From the NCBI GenBank assembly GCA_963785305.1, contig CAWAUV010000007.1, forward strand, positions 416,001-480,000: a DNA stretch of 64,000 bases. Reading direction: 5' to 3'. A program made the translations under genes and the position numbers. The notes under the pieces were generated by a model. The model saw only the letters and a list, made by a program, of their open reading frames with translations, made no database searches and was not told where the DNA came from. Within the stretch, counting starts at the first letter, position 1; the number at the start of each line of letters is the position of its first letter. Below, piece after piece: positions 37,571 through 49,065 of the stretch. This DNA comes from an uncultured Planctomycetaceae bacterium. Its GTDB lineage: Bacteria; Planctomycetota; Planctomycetia; Pirellulales; PALSA-1355.

Positions 37571-37864
37571 GGGCCGCTTGGCGCCAAGTGTTTTCCCGCC
37601 GGTGTTTGGCGCGCCGTCGATCGATCGCTGGCGTTTTGCGACGCGAGGAGGCGACGCGGAATGCTCCTTGATAGCGTAATTCGTCGAGCGATTTACGGCC
37701 ATGATATTCTGTGTACAATGTCATCTTGCGGGCTTGTCCGGCGCCTCCTTCTCTTCGCGTATGGGAGAGGGGGCGCCGAAGTTCTCGGATAGGCTTTTAT
37801 TGATTTGCTGAACCCGCAACGGGTCCATGCTCCACCGCCGCACCATTCCCGCCTGGAGATCGCG

Positions 37865-40306
37865 ATGAAATCCGCCTTGGGACCATCACTCGCGCGGACG
37901 GCGCTTGCCGTTGTGCTGCTTGGTTGTGCGGGCTCTTGGGCTGCGGCCGCCAAACCGAAACCGCCGATCGCGAATCCCGACTTCACGCGGGGCGACAAGC
38001 CGGGCGACGCTCACGATTGGACACTGGGCCCCACCGGCGCTCGGGGCTGGATTTTTAGCAAGAATGGGCACTCGGCGACGGCGCGGCAAATCCTGGTGAC
38101 CGCCGTGGCCAAAGGTTCGCCGGCCGATGGCGCGCTCGAGGTGGGCGATGTGATTCTGGGGGTCGCCGGCGGTAACTTCACGAGCGATGCCCGCGTCGCG
38201 TTCGCCGACGCGATCATGCGGGCAGAGGCCGACACGGCCGGGCGAGGATTGCGACTCGTTCGCTGGCGCGACGGCAAGACCGGCGAAGCGGTCGTGCGGT
38301 TAGCGGCGCTGGGGGCTTATAGCGCGACCGCGCCCTACGATTGCCCCAAATCGCGACGGATTTTCGAGGAAGGCTGCAAGGCGCTCGCCGAGCGCATGGG
38401 TTCGCCGGACTACCCACGACATCAGCATCCGATTCCCCGCGCTAAACGCCTTGGCGCTGGTGGCGAGCGATGACACGGCCCGCTGGCCGCTGTTGCAGCG
38501 CGAAGCGGCTTGGGCCGCCTCGTACGACGGCGAGGGTTTCAAACCCTGGAATTTCGGCTACATCCTCATGTTTCTCGCGGAATATCGCATCGCCACCGGC
38601 GACGCGTCCGTCATGTCGGGGATCGAGCGACTCGCGAATCAAGCGGTCGAGGGCCAAAGCGCCGTGGGCACATGGGGCCACAACTTCGCCCTGCCCAATG
38701 GCAACCTCAACGGTTACGGCTGCATGAATCAGCCGGGCATCACGCTCACGATCGGCCTCGAACTGGCGCACGAGGCGGGCATGAAGAGCCCGGCGCTCGA
38801 TCGGGCCATCGCCAAGGCGACGAGTTTCGTGCGTTGGTATGTCAACAAGGGGGCCGTCCCCTACGGCGACCATCAACCTTGGAACGGCCACGAGGACAAC
38901 GGCAAGTGCGCAAGCGCCGCGGTGATGTTCGATCTCATCGGTGATCGCGAAGCCGCCGAATTCTTCGCCAAGATGGCCACCGCCGGCTACAGTGAACGCG
39001 AACGCGGCCACACCGGCAACTATTTCAACGTGCTCTGGGCGCTGCCCGGCGTTGCTCGCTGCGGTCCCTTGGCCACCGGCGCTTATTTCAAGGAGCAGGG
39101 TTGGTACTACGACTTGGCCCGCGGTTGGGACGGCTTCTACCATTACCAAGGCTCGCCGATCGGCGAGGAGGAGCACAATACGTACACCGACTGGGATTGC
39201 TCGGGCGGCTATTTGCTCTCGTACGCGCTCTTGAAGAAGAATCTGATTCTCACGGGCAAAAAGAAATTTTCCGTGACCCCGCTCGACGCCGCGCAAGTGG
39301 CCGAGGTGATCGCCGCCGGCCGCGACTATGAATACAAGGGCGAAAAGAGCGGCTACGATTCGCGTTCCACGGAGCAACTCCTCGCGGGGCTTTCGAGTTG
39401 GTCGCCGCCGGTGCGTACGCGCTCGGCGCAAGCGTTGGCCCGGCGGCAAGGCGACTTCGTGCCCACGCTGCTCAAGATGCTGGATGGCCCCGACCGCGAC
39501 ACCCGCTATGGGGCGTGTGAAGCGCTTGGCGCCCTGGGGGCCCGGTCCGACACCGCGGGGCCGCATTGCGCGACTTGCTCAAGGATTCCGATCCCTGGCT
39601 GCAAACACTCGCCGCGAAGGCGCTGCCGGCCTTGAGCGAACAAGAACGCAAGGCGAGCGTGAGCGCGCTGCTCGGCATGACAGTGCGCGACAATCCGGCC
39701 GATCCGCGGCACATGGCCCAGCGGGCGGCGGGCATCGCGCTCTTCGCGCCTTATCCCGGCAGTCAAGGACCGAAAAGCATTCTCTCGCAATCGCTCGACG
39801 GCGTGGATCGCAAGCTGCTTTATCCAGCGGTTCAATTACTGCTGAAAAACGACGACAGCGTGGCTCGAAGCTCGGTCGCCGAGATTTATCCGGAGCTTAC
39901 GGATCAAGACCTCGTGGCGCTGCTGCCCGCGATCGCGAAGTCGATCGAGCATTTGGCGCCAAGCAACGAGATGTTCGGCGACGGGATTCGGCTGGCGGGA
40001 ATTGACTTGCTTTCGCGGCTGCGCATTCGCGAGGGCATCCCGCTATGCGTGGCGATGATCGACGCTCAGCGCTGGGGAATGCCGAATCGTTTGCCGAAAT
40101 GCGTCGAGTGTCTACGGCGCTACGGCGCTCATGCGCGGGCGGTGCTACCCGAGTTGAAAAAGGTCCGCGGCGAAATCGCCGATTTCCGTCCCCATGCGAA
40201 TAACCTTCCCGTGATCGATCGCGCGATCGCCGAGATCGAAGCGAGCACCGCGCGGCCTGAGCTCGTGAGCCTCGAAGAGTTCAAGTCGCGTCCGGACGGG
40301 CGCTGA
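37865..40306 (+). CDS. Secreted DUF6288-like protein (PDZ-like, alpha/alpha-toroid, HEAT repeats), frameshifts near 38445 and 39560
   Basis: Signal peptide, LGPTGARGW, GSPADGALEVGDVILG, GYGCMNQPG, VPYGDH, GHTGNYF and a HEAT-like C-terminus. Confidence 0.75.
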
Positions 40307-40459
40307 AGGGGTCTTCGCTTTGGGCTTTAGGCTTGGGGGTCGCCAAGCCGATCGTTGCCCACATAAACCTGAAACGCCAGCGAAGGAAGGCGTCGCGGAC
40401 GACAATCCATCGACCTTCCGAGCTGGGACTTTTTAATCGTTTTACCGGAGCCATCTTCC

Positions 40460-41665
40460 ATGAAACCGCACCGCAGTCTCGTCGTGCTCGCGCTTCTCGT
40501 CGGCCTGGGGTTTGCATCCCGCGCTTTTGCCGACCCCAAGACCCTGAAGGTCTTTATCTTGGCCGGGCAATCGAACATGGAAGGCCATGCGAAAGTCGAT
40601 ACCTTCGACTACATCGGCGACGATCCGGCCACGGCTCCGCTCTTGAAGCGGATGCGAGCGGCGGATGGAACCCCCACCACTTGCGATCATGTCTGGATTT
40701 CGTACTTCACCGGCGGCGAGACCAACGGCGAAGGGTTCGGAAAGCTTACGGCCGGCTACGGCTCACGCCGCGATCCGGCTGAGTCCGGCGGCAAGATTGG
40801 GCCCGAGTTCACGTTTGGCCTCGCAATGGAACGCGAGATCCAGCAGCCGGTGCTGATCATCAAAACCGCCTGGGGCGGCAAATCGCTGTTCTACGATTTT
40901 CGTCCGCCCAGCGCCGGCGCATATCCCCGCACATCCGCCGATATCGAAAAGAATCAGCGGCCGGAAGACAACTCGGGCCATTACTATCGACTGATGCTCG
41001 AACATGTGCGCCGGGTGCTGGCCGATCCCAAGCGAGTGTGTCCGGCCTACGATGAAAAAGCCGGCCACGAGCTCGCCGGGTTCGTTTGGTTTCAAGGCTG
41101 GAACGACATGGTGGATCACGGCGTGTACCCCGAGAAGCGAACGGATGGACGTCCGCGCTTTGCTTTTTATTCCGATCTGATGGCCGACTTCATCCGCGAT
41201 GTCCGCAAGGATCTAAACGCGCCGAAGATGCCGTTTGTCATCGGGGTGATGGGCGTCGGAGGATTGAATGCGACGGGCGGCGGCGCGGAATTCCGTCAGG
41301 CGATGGCGGCGCCGGCCGAATTGCCTGAATTTCGCGGCAATGTGATCGCGGTTGAAACCGCCCCGTTTTGGGACGCCCCACTCGCCGCCATCGATAAAAA
41401 GCGTGATCAGGTCCGCCAAATGGGCTACTACCTGAACTCGAAGCACAAGGACCACCCAAACAAAGACGGCTCCATGACCGAGGAGCGGAAGCGGGCCTAT
41501 CTCAAGGAATATGAAGCGAACCTTATCTCGCCCGAGGAAGTGGCGCTCTGGAAACGCGGCGCCTCGAACGCCGGGTACCACTATTTAGGCTGCGCGAAGA
41601 CGTTTGCCATGATGGGCGAGGCATTTGCCAACGCCATCCTATCGATGCAGCCCCGGCAAAAATGA
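40460..41665 (+). CDS. Sialate O-acetylesterase (SASA/CE6-like SGNH) family protein
   Basis: Signal peptide, FILAGQSNMEG, GPEFTFG, IIKTAWGG, WFQGWND and YHY. Confidence 0.9.
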   Translation: MKPHRSLVVLALLVGLGFASRAFADPKTLKVFILAGQSNMEGHAKVDTFDYIGDDPATAPLLKRMRAADGTPTTCDHVWISYFTGGETNGEGFGKLTAGYGSRRDPAESGGKIGPEFTFGLAMEREIQQPVLIIKTAWGGKSLFYDFRPPSAGAYPRTSADIEKNQRPEDNSGHYYRLMLEHVRRVLADPKRVCPAYDEKAGHELAGFVWFQGWNDMVDHGVYPEKRTDGRPRFAFYSDLMADFIRDVRKDLNAPKMPFVIGVMGVGGLNATGGGAEFRQAMAAPAELPEFRGNVIAVETAPFWDAPLAAIDKKRDQVRQMGYYLNSKHKDHPNKDGSMTEERKRAYLKEYEANLISPEEVALWKRGASNAGYHYLGCAKTFAMMGEAFANAILSMQPRQK

Positions 41666-41858
41666 CCGCGGGTGCGCGAATGTAGTGGTCGAATGTGACG
41701 CCGCCCGTCTTCACTAGCGGTTCAACTTCAAACCGTCGACAGCGAGTCAGCCGCGTTCCCGGAGTTGGATTCGAGTCTGGGCCCTGCCTATGATGGCTGG
41801 CTGACAGGCTCTTTGGCCCATGAAACGCCCCCGCCGCCGGCCCCGAGGAATGTGGACC

Positions 41859-44159
41859 ATGAATCGCTGGAAAATTTATGCGCTGTTGGGATTTTGCGTT
41901 GCCTGCGGCGGTGCGACGTTCGCGCGTTCGCTCGCGGCCGCGGAGCCCGTTCGTCTTGGCGCCGGCGGCTATTGGCTCGAGCGTCCCTTCGGCGCCAAAG
42001 GTCCGCCGGAGGAGATCTACGCCACTCCCGAGGCCCTCGTGCGCAAGATTCCCACCAACGATTGGTGGAGCTCGCTCGCCTGGATGCCGTTTTCCGAGCG
42101 GCAGTATCCGCATCCCTTGGCCGTGTGCGCCACCCCGGGCGGAATGCGAATCTTCTATCCGGGCGCGAACATCACCGCCAATCGCGATGCGATCTTCGGT
42201 TTCATGCCGGCCGACGGGTCCGACGATTTCGTGCTCGGTCATTCGGCCCAAGCCACGTTTCCCGATGCCCGCGTGAGCGACTGGAGCGATTGGTTCGTCA
42301 CGGCGAAATTCGCCGTCGGCGAGCGTTCGATGCTCGTCACTTGCGGGCACGGCTCGCCCTATGTGTTCGCCACGTTGACCGGCGGCGTGCCGGAGCTTCG
42401 CTTCGCCGAACCACCCAAAGTGTTCAGCGGCGAAGCGCACAGTGCCGTCATTGGTCTCGCGATTCACGGCAAACACTACGGCCTGTTCGCTCCGGCCGGC
42501 TCGCGTTGGTCGGGCCTGGGAACGAAAACGCTTTTGTGCCAAGCGCCGGCGAGTCCCTGTTACTTTTCGATCGGCATTTTGCCCGACGACCGACCGGACA
42601 CGCTCGCCCTATTTCGCCAACACGCTTATGCCCATGTCACCGATTCGCGCGTGACATGGAGCTACGACGAAACTTCCAGCGCCGTGACCACGCGTTTTAC
42701 CGTTTCGACCAAGAACCACGGCGGCGAGAGCGACACGACCTTGATGGCGCTCTACCCGCATCAATGGCGACATACCTCGGCCAACATGCTCGCGGCCCCG
42801 GGTGGCTCCGGCCCGAGCGGGTCCGAACCGCTCGGCTATGGCAGCGTGCGCGGGCGGATGCGATTAATCAAAGGCAATGCGTTCGATACGCGTTATCGCT
42901 TTGCGGGCGTGTTGCCGGGGCTGCCCAGGACGCCGACGTGTGACCCGGCAGTCATCGCCGAACTGCTCAAGGCCGAAGTCGCGACTCCGGCGCCTCCCTC
43001 CAAGGACAGTTACTGGGACGGAAAATATGTCGGTCGACTCGCCACGCTCCTGCCGATCGCCGATGTGCATGGCCAATCCGAAATCGCCGAGGAACTGCAA
43101 AAGCGGCTCCGCGACCGACTCGAAGCTTGGCTTTCGGCGGCGCGCGAAAAACCCGGCGGGCGATTCTGTTACGACAAACGCTGGTCGACGTTGATCGGCT
43201 ATCCGGCGAGCTACGGCTCGGACGTGGAGCTCAACGACCATCATTTTCACTATGGTTATTTTATCCGCGCCGCCGCCGAACTCGCGCGGCACGATCCGGC
43301 GTGGGCCAAGCCCGAACGCTGGGGCGCGATGATCGATCTCTTGATTCGCGATGTCGCCGCTCCCGACCGCGACGATCCGCTATTTCCCTTCTTGCGAAAT
43401 TTCGATCCCCATGCTGGCCACTCCTGGGCCTCGGGCCATGCGAAATTCGGCGATGGCAACAACAATGAATCGTCGTCGGAAGCAATGAACGCTTGGTATG
43501 GCGTGCTCCTCTGGGGCCAATTCACGGGCGACAAACGGCTCCGCGATCTGGGCGCCTGGCTTTACACGACCGAAATGCAGGCGATCAACGACTATTGGTT
43601 CGATATCCACGACCAGAACCATCCGGCGTCTTATACGCCGTCGGTCGTCACCATGGTCTGGGGCGGCAAGGGGGCCAATGGAACTTGGTTCACGGCCAAT
43701 CCCGAAATGGTTCACGGCATCAACTGGCTGCCAATCACGGCCGGCTCGCTCTACTTGGGCCAGAACCCCGATTATGTGCGGAAGAACTACCGCGCACTCG
43801 TGGCGGAAAACGGCTCGACCCAGTGGGACGCCTGGGCCGATCTCATTTGGATGTATGAAGCGCTCGACGATCCGGACGACGCGCTCCGGCAGTTCGAGGC
43901 GGCCCGCGGCCAGCGTCCGCCGCTGGAAGAAGGCAACAGCTTGGCAAACGCATATCAATGGATATGCGCGCTCAAGTCGCTGGGCAAGGTCACGACCGGC
44001 GTCACCGCCGACACGCCGCTCTTCGCCGTGTTCGATCGTGGAGCAACGCGGAGTTATTGCGTTTACAACGAGCGTTCCCAGCCGCGCGCCGTGCTATTTT
44101 CCGACGGCCACGAACTGCTCGCCCCGGCCAGATCGTTTCAGCTCGACAGCGGAAAATAA
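41859..44159 (+). CDS. GH81 endo-1,3-beta-glucanase
   Basis: Signal peptide, PTNDWWSS, NDHHFHYGY, FDP.AGHSWASG, ESSSEA and GINWLPIT. Confidence 0.93.
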   Translation: MNRWKIYALLGFCVACGGATFARSLAAAEPVRLGAGGYWLERPFGAKGPPEEIYATPEALVRKIPTNDWWSSLAWMPFSERQYPHPLAVCATPGGMRIFYPGANITANRDAIFGFMPADGSDDFVLGHSAQATFPDARVSDWSDWFVTAKFAVGERSMLVTCGHGSPYVFATLTGGVPELRFAEPPKVFSGEAHSAVIGLAIHGKHYGLFAPAGSRWSGLGTKTLLCQAPASPCYFSIGILPDDRPDTLALFRQHAYAHVTDSRVTWSYDETSSAVTTRFTVSTKNHGGESDTTLMALYPHQWRHTSANMLAAPGGSGPSGSEPLGYGSVRGRMRLIKGNAFDTRYRFAGVLPGLPRTPTCDPAVIAELLKAEVATPAPPSKDSYWDGKYVGRLATLLPIADVHGQSEIAEELQKRLRDRLEAWLSAAREKPGGRFCYDKRWSTLIGYPASYGSDVELNDHHFHYGYFIRAAAELARHDPAWAKPERWGAMIDLLIRDVAAPDRDDPLFPFLRNFDPHAGHSWASGHAKFGDGNNNESSSEAMNAWYGVLLWGQFTGDKRLRDLGAWLYTTEMQAINDYWFDIHDQNHPASYTPSVVTMVWGGKGANGTWFTANPEMVHGINWLPITAGSLYLGQNPDYVRKNYRALVAENGSTQWDAWADLIWMYEALDDPDDALRQFEAARGQRPPLEEGNSLANAYQWICALKSLGKVTTGVTADTPLFAVFDRGATRSYCVYNERSQPRAVLFSDGHELLAPARSFQLDSGK

Positions 44160-44223
44160 CGATCATGCTTCCGCATCGCCTCGGAGGGGCTCTAAAGTGC
44201 GCCGTGAATCCATCCTGTGGGAC

Positions 44224-44256
44224 AAAAAGAAACCCCACGGAGGGCGATCCGTGGGG
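44224..44256 (-). terminator. Intrinsic terminator (minus strand)
   Basis: CCCCACGGA/TCCGTGGGG stem with TTTCTTTTT on the minus strand. Confidence 0.75.
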
Positions 44257-44466
44257 CTCGTGAAATTCGGCGGGAGCTTAGCGGGCAGATGCAAGAAGGC
44301 GGGAAGGCAACGTTGTGCGGCGGCCGTGGAATTGCGCCCAAGGAACGGCGCCGGGCGTTGCTAGTGCTTCGATTCGAGGAAGTCGGGCCCTCTTTCTTGT
44401 TTACGTTCTGATGCGGAAATCGGTTCGCCGCGCGGTTCGCGAAATCATTGGTCGCAACTCGGAATC

Positions 44467-46050
44467 TCAACGCGCCGGCCGATGCGCAGAGCGCAACCGC
44501 CGCCAAGCGTCCTTGACCGAGCGATCCGATCCCGCCTCGGCCAATCGATCCGCGGGACAGGCGCCCGCCGCGGGATAGGCGCCGCTCGCGGCGGCGGGCG
44601 CCGGATTTCGATCAGACCGCGGCGCCGCGGCTCTGGGCGTTTTGCTCGCGGTCGGCTCGGCCAGCGGAGCTAGCATCGCGACCTCGGATTCGACCTCCAG
44701 GGCTTTGGACGGCTGGATCGTGAGAAATAGCCACGCGGCGCCGAGCATCAATCCGCCGAGCATGCTGCCCAGCACAATGGTCGTCTTGCCCGGCGGCAAG
44801 GGACGGGAGCCGGTGTCGGGCAGGTCCACCAGGTTCAGCAAGCTGGCCTGCTGAGCGGCGGCCTGCGTGGCCCGCGCTTCGCTGAGCTCGAGCTGCGCTG
44901 TTTTCAGAATCTCGGTGTAGTGCTTCGTCATGGAGACCAAGTTGGCATAGTTGGCGCGAACATCGGCCACATATTGCCGGCGAGCCACCACACTGTCGAG
45001 TTGTTCGTTGAGCGTCTTCGAGCGACTCTCCGCGAGTCGCACCTCGGCTTCGGTTCCCTTGATGGCGATCGCCAACTCGTCGTGCAAGTGCTGGCGAATC
45101 TCGTGCTCGGCTTCCGTGGCCGCTTGCACCAGCGGATGCGCCGACGCCATCATGCCTTGCAATTTGGCCGAACTGATCTGCGCGTCGACCAAGCCTTCCT
45201 TCAGTCGCTTGAGGCCGGGCTGCAAGTCCAGGAGCCGGGTGGAACTGGCCAGCAGGCGAGACGGATCATCTTGGCTTTCCTTCAGCATTTTCAGGAGGTT
45301 TTGGCTCGACTTGAGCACGTTTTGCTGAGCGCGAAGCTCGGTCTCGAGATCGACCGTCATCTTGCGAAGATCGCTTTCGCCCGAAGGCGATTCGTTGAGC
45401 ATTCGCAGTTCGGCGAGATCATGGCCGACCGAGGATTCAAGCTTGGTGAGCGTGGCGGTCGAGGCCTCGAGGTCGGCCTGGGCCAGCGACACGGTTTTGA
45501 TGAGCTCGTTGATCACGCCCTGGGCCTGGGTCTTCCGTAGTTCCTCGAAACGTTCTTGCAGATTGCGGCCCAGGGCCGACGCCAGCGCGATCGCCCGTTG
45601 GCGATCATTGGCTTGCGCCTTGAGATAAAACAGCTCCGTTTTGCCGAACTCGGCCCCCTTGGGCGGCGCCAATTTCGCGGCGTCTTGAAGTTCTTCGATG
45701 TCTTGGGCCGTGGGCCATTGCGCCGGGTCGCGGGAATAATTCGCCGGCGGTCCGACTTCGGTGAGCGTGCGCTCGAGCACTCCGCGGCTGTGGCTCAGCT
45801 CGAGGATCGTCTCTTGCACCGTCTTCATCGCGTCGAGCTGGCCAAAGTGGCCGGGCCGGGCCGTGCGTCCGCCGCCGGCCTCGTCGCGCACGATCATCGC
45901 TTGGCTGGCTTCCCAAGTCGGAGTGCGAACCAGCGCCGCCACGAGCCCGAGGATGCCCGTCGCGAGGGCCGGCGCCAGCAGCCGCCAAGGATGGCGTTTG
46001 ATGGCGTCGAACACGTCGCGCGGATGAATCGGAGCGGTAAGAGCAGTCAT
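44467..46050 (-). CDS. GumC/Wzc-like polysaccharide co-polymerase without a kinase domain
   Basis: N-terminal TM plus P.WEAS motif, long coiled coil, VD.P...P.P motif and C-terminal TM. Confidence 0.82.
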   Translation of the reverse strand: MTALTAPIHPRDVFDAIKRHPWRLLAPALATGILGLVAALVRTPTWEASQAMIVRDEAGGGRTARPGHFGQLDAMKTVQETILELSHSRGVLERTLTEVGPPANYSRDPAQWPTAQDIEELQDAAKLAPPKGAEFGKTELFYLKAQANDRQRAIALASALGRNLQERFEELRKTQAQGVINELIKTVSLAQADLEASTATLTKLESSVGHDLAELRMLNESPSGESDLRKMTVDLETELRAQQNVLKSSQNLLKMLKESQDDPSRLLASSTRLLDLQPGLKRLKEGLVDAQISSAKLQGMMASAHPLVQAATEAEHEIRQHLHDELAIAIKGTEAEVRLAESRSKTLNEQLDSVVARRQYVADVRANYANLVSMTKHYTEILKTAQLELSEARATQAAAQQASLLNLVDLPDTGSRPLPPGKTTIVLGSMLGGLMLGAAWLFLTIQPSKALEVESEVAMLAPLAEPTASKTPRAAAPRSDRNPAPAAASGAYPAAGACPADRLAEAGSDRSVKDAWRRLRSAHRPAR

Positions 46051-46477
46051 AACGATTCCACCGTTTTTGGGAATGCAGCCACGATCGTGAGCAGGGCCGT
46101 GGCGCGAGCCGACATCGCGGCCAAGCGCCCGATAGCAAGAGGACCGGGGAAACCGAGAACACGACCGCTAGCTTAAGCCTAGCCCACGGCGGCGGACACA
46201 CGGCCAAAAAATCATCGGTCCCGCCTCTTTCGCGCGATTATTCAATCAGAATCATCTACTTCATTGGTATTCGTTGTGGTCGCGAACCGCCTCGATGCGC
46301 GAAAAACGTGTTCCGAATCGGACTTGCGGTTCGCGAATCGAACTTGCGTTTGACCATTTGTGACCGACACTTACACGTCGTTTGCGCGCGGCGCCTGTCA
46401 ACCGCCCCGCGCTCCCGCGACGATTTCGATCGTCGATCCGCCGTGTTTGCAAATTCACAGAAGGCTGCCTCACGCTC

Positions 46478-47668
46478 GTGGCCACCATCGCCAACCAACG
46501 CCTGTTCGTTGCCCGGCTTCCCCTGGAGTCGCTGTGCGAGGAACTGCGCGCCCAATGGAACGCGTTGGCCGGAGAGATTCCGTTTCGACGCTTGGAGTGG
46601 CTCGAAAGCTGGTGGCGGGCCTATGGACTCGCGCCCCACAATCGCGACCGCGAGCTCTTTACGCTGGCGGTCGTGGCCGACGGGCGACTCATCGGCCTTG
46701 CTCCCTGGTATCGCGAATATAGTCCCACGACCGGCCGCGCCATCCGCTTTCTGGGCGCGGGCGAAGCGTGCTCCGAATATCCCGGCCTGCTGGCGGCCGA
46801 AGGTCGCGAAGGCGAAGTCGGCGCGGCGCTTGCCGACGCGATCACCGGCCGTGAAAGCGCGGGCCACGGCGCCGCCATCGTCGACAATGGCTGGGATATG
46901 CTCGAACTCAAAAGCGCCCGGCCCGGCGATATCGTCAATGAAGCGTTTCTCCACCGGCTCGAAGCCAAGGGCTGCCGCGTGCATCGCCGGGCCGGGCCGC
47001 CTTGCTGGCGCATCGAACTGCCGCCCTCGTGGAACGATTATTTGAGTCGCCTCAGTCATTCGCATCGCAAGCAGGCCCGCCGCATCGTGCGCCGCTACTT
47101 CGACACCGGCCGCGCCCGCGTGCATAGCGCCGCCGACTCGAGCGGCTTGGCCCGTGGGCTCGCGTTGCTCAAGGACTTGCACCAGCGCCGCTGGCAAAGC
47201 CGCCGCGAGTCGGGCTGTTTTACGAGTCCGCGCTTCGCGGCGTTCATCGATCACGCGGCGGTCCGACAGCTTGCGGCCGGCAATTTGAGCCTGCATTGGC
47301 TCGAGCTCGATGGCTCTCCGATCGCGGCCGAATACCATTTGGCGAGTCCGCGGAGCGTGTATGCCTATCAATCGGGCATCGATCCCGCGGCGCTCGAGCA
47401 CGACCCAGGCCGCATGATCACGCTGGCGCTGATCCGCCAAGCGATCGACCGCCGCATGGAAACCTACGATTTCCTCCGGGGCGACGAGCCCTATAAATCG
47501 CACTTTCGCGCCACGCCCTCCGAAGTCGCCGATGTGCGCGTCGCTTCGGTCGGCGCCACGGCTCGACTGCGCGACGGCCTTTGGTTGGCGCACGACAACA
47601 TGAAACACTGGCTGAAAACCGGCCTGGGACTGGCCGCCGCGCCGTGCATGACGCGCTCGCTGTCCTAG
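46478..47668 (+). CDS. CelD/BcsL-like GNAT acyltransferase
   Basis: EWLESWW, LIGLAPW, SEYPG, YAYQSGIDP and YDFLRGDEPYK. Confidence 0.88.
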   Translation: MATIANQRLFVARLPLESLCEELRAQWNALAGEIPFRRLEWLESWWRAYGLAPHNRDRELFTLAVVADGRLIGLAPWYREYSPTTGRAIRFLGAGEACSEYPGLLAAEGREGEVGAALADAITGRESAGHGAAIVDNGWDMLELKSARPGDIVNEAFLHRLEAKGCRVHRRAGPPCWRIELPPSWNDYLSRLSHSHRKQARRIVRRYFDTGRARVHSAADSSGLARGLALLKDLHQRRWQSRRESGCFTSPRFAAFIDHAAVRQLAAGNLSLHWLELDGSPIAAEYHLASPRSVYAYQSGIDPAALEHDPGRMITLALIRQAIDRRMETYDFLRGDEPYKSHFRATPSEVADVRVASVGATARLRDGLWLAHDNMKHWLKTGLGLAAAPCMTRSLS

Positions 47669-47721
47669 GAATCACACCCACAAAAACGTTTCGACCTTCC
47701 GCGATACACGACGAGACTTCG

Positions 47722-49000
47722 ATGAACGGCCTCGAACAACCCACGAGCCCAACCGCGAAGAACGATAGCCCGCTCGCGTGGCTCGGCGGGGCCGCGCCAC
47801 TCGGTCTGGCCGGGAGCTCGACTCCGGCTGACCTCGCGACTCGCGCGCTCTCGGTCTGGCCGGCCAGTTCGTTCGCGGAACTGTCGGAGGCCTGGGACAT
47901 GCTGGCCGCTGGGCGACCTTTTTGCGCTCGCGAATGGCTGGAGCCCTGGTGGCGACATTTTGGGCGTGGCAAGCAGTTGTTCGTGCTCGCGGTCTCCAAC
48001 GCGCAACAAGAAATCGTGGCCATCGCCCCTTGGTGCATCGAACGCTCGGCCATCGCGGGCCGCGTCGCGCGCTTCCTGGGCTGCGGCGTGGTGTGCTCCG
48101 ATTATCTCACGATTCCCTGCCGCCCGGAGCATGAGTCCTCGGCAGTCGAACGCGCTCGTCGATTTTCTTACCGGTCCGGCCGGGGATGCCTGGGATTTGA
48201 TCGAGCTCTCGGGCGTCGATGCGCAAGACCCGCGGATTCGGCGATTGGTGGCGGGGCTCGCCGCGGCTGGGCGACGGGTCGATGAGCAAGCCGATCAACA
48301 TTGTTGGCGCGCGGAATTGCCCGCCGCTTGGGACACCTTCCTGGCCGGCCTTTCGGCGTCGCGGCGCCAGCGCACGCGCTCGCTCTTGCGCAAGGCGTTT
48401 GACTCGGGACGAGCGAGATTGGCCTGGGTCGTGACCCGAGAGCAGCTTGATCGCGGATTCGAGATTCTGGTCGATCTGCATACGCGTCGTCGCCGGAGCT
48501 TGGGCCAAGAAGGGTGTTTCGCGGTGGCTGGGTTCGGTGAATTCTTGCGCGAAGCGGCGGAAGCCATGCTCGCGACCGGTCGGCTGCGGATGTTCTGGCT
48601 CGAGCTCGATGGTCGGCCGATCGCGGTGGAACTCGGCATGGTCGGCGATGGCGTGGTGCATTACTACCAGGGCGGCATCGATCCCGAGGCCGCCGACGAG
48701 CGGCCGGGCTGGTTGAGCTTTGCCGCATCGCTCCGCACGGCAATCGAAGATGGCCTCGTGGCCTACGACTTTCTTCGCGGCGACGAGGCTTACAAGGCAT
48801 CGTGGAACGCGAAGCCGTGTCCGATGGCCGAGTTTCGCATCGTGTCGCCGCGCCGCTCGGCACGGCTCCGCGATGGCCTCTATCGTTTTCACAAAATGTG
48901 CAAACGACATGCGCGGCGCTGGCTTGGGGCCGGCGCGGCGCTGCGCTGGCCGCCCGCCGCCGGATACGCGCCTGGCCAATCGTCGGACTCGCCCGAATAG
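47722..49000 (+). CDS. Second CelD/BcsL-like GNAT acyltransferase, frameshift near 48150
   Basis: EWLEPWW, CSDYL, YYQGGIDP and YDFLRGDEAYK. Confidence 0.88.
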
Positions 49001-49065
49001 AAACGAACAGGGACAACCCCCAGGTCGACCCCGCATCCGACCGCTGTCCACACGGTTTGAGACGC

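Noticed and set aside
40315..40340. GCTTTGG/GCTTTAG/GCTTGGG heptamer run
   Set aside because: Only three degenerate units with no matching inverted arm, which is too weak to call.
46280..46336. 11-bp inverted repeat in the divergent EPS promoter region
   Set aside because: GC-rich with a 35-nt spacer. It could be chance, and no riboswitch consensus was recognised.
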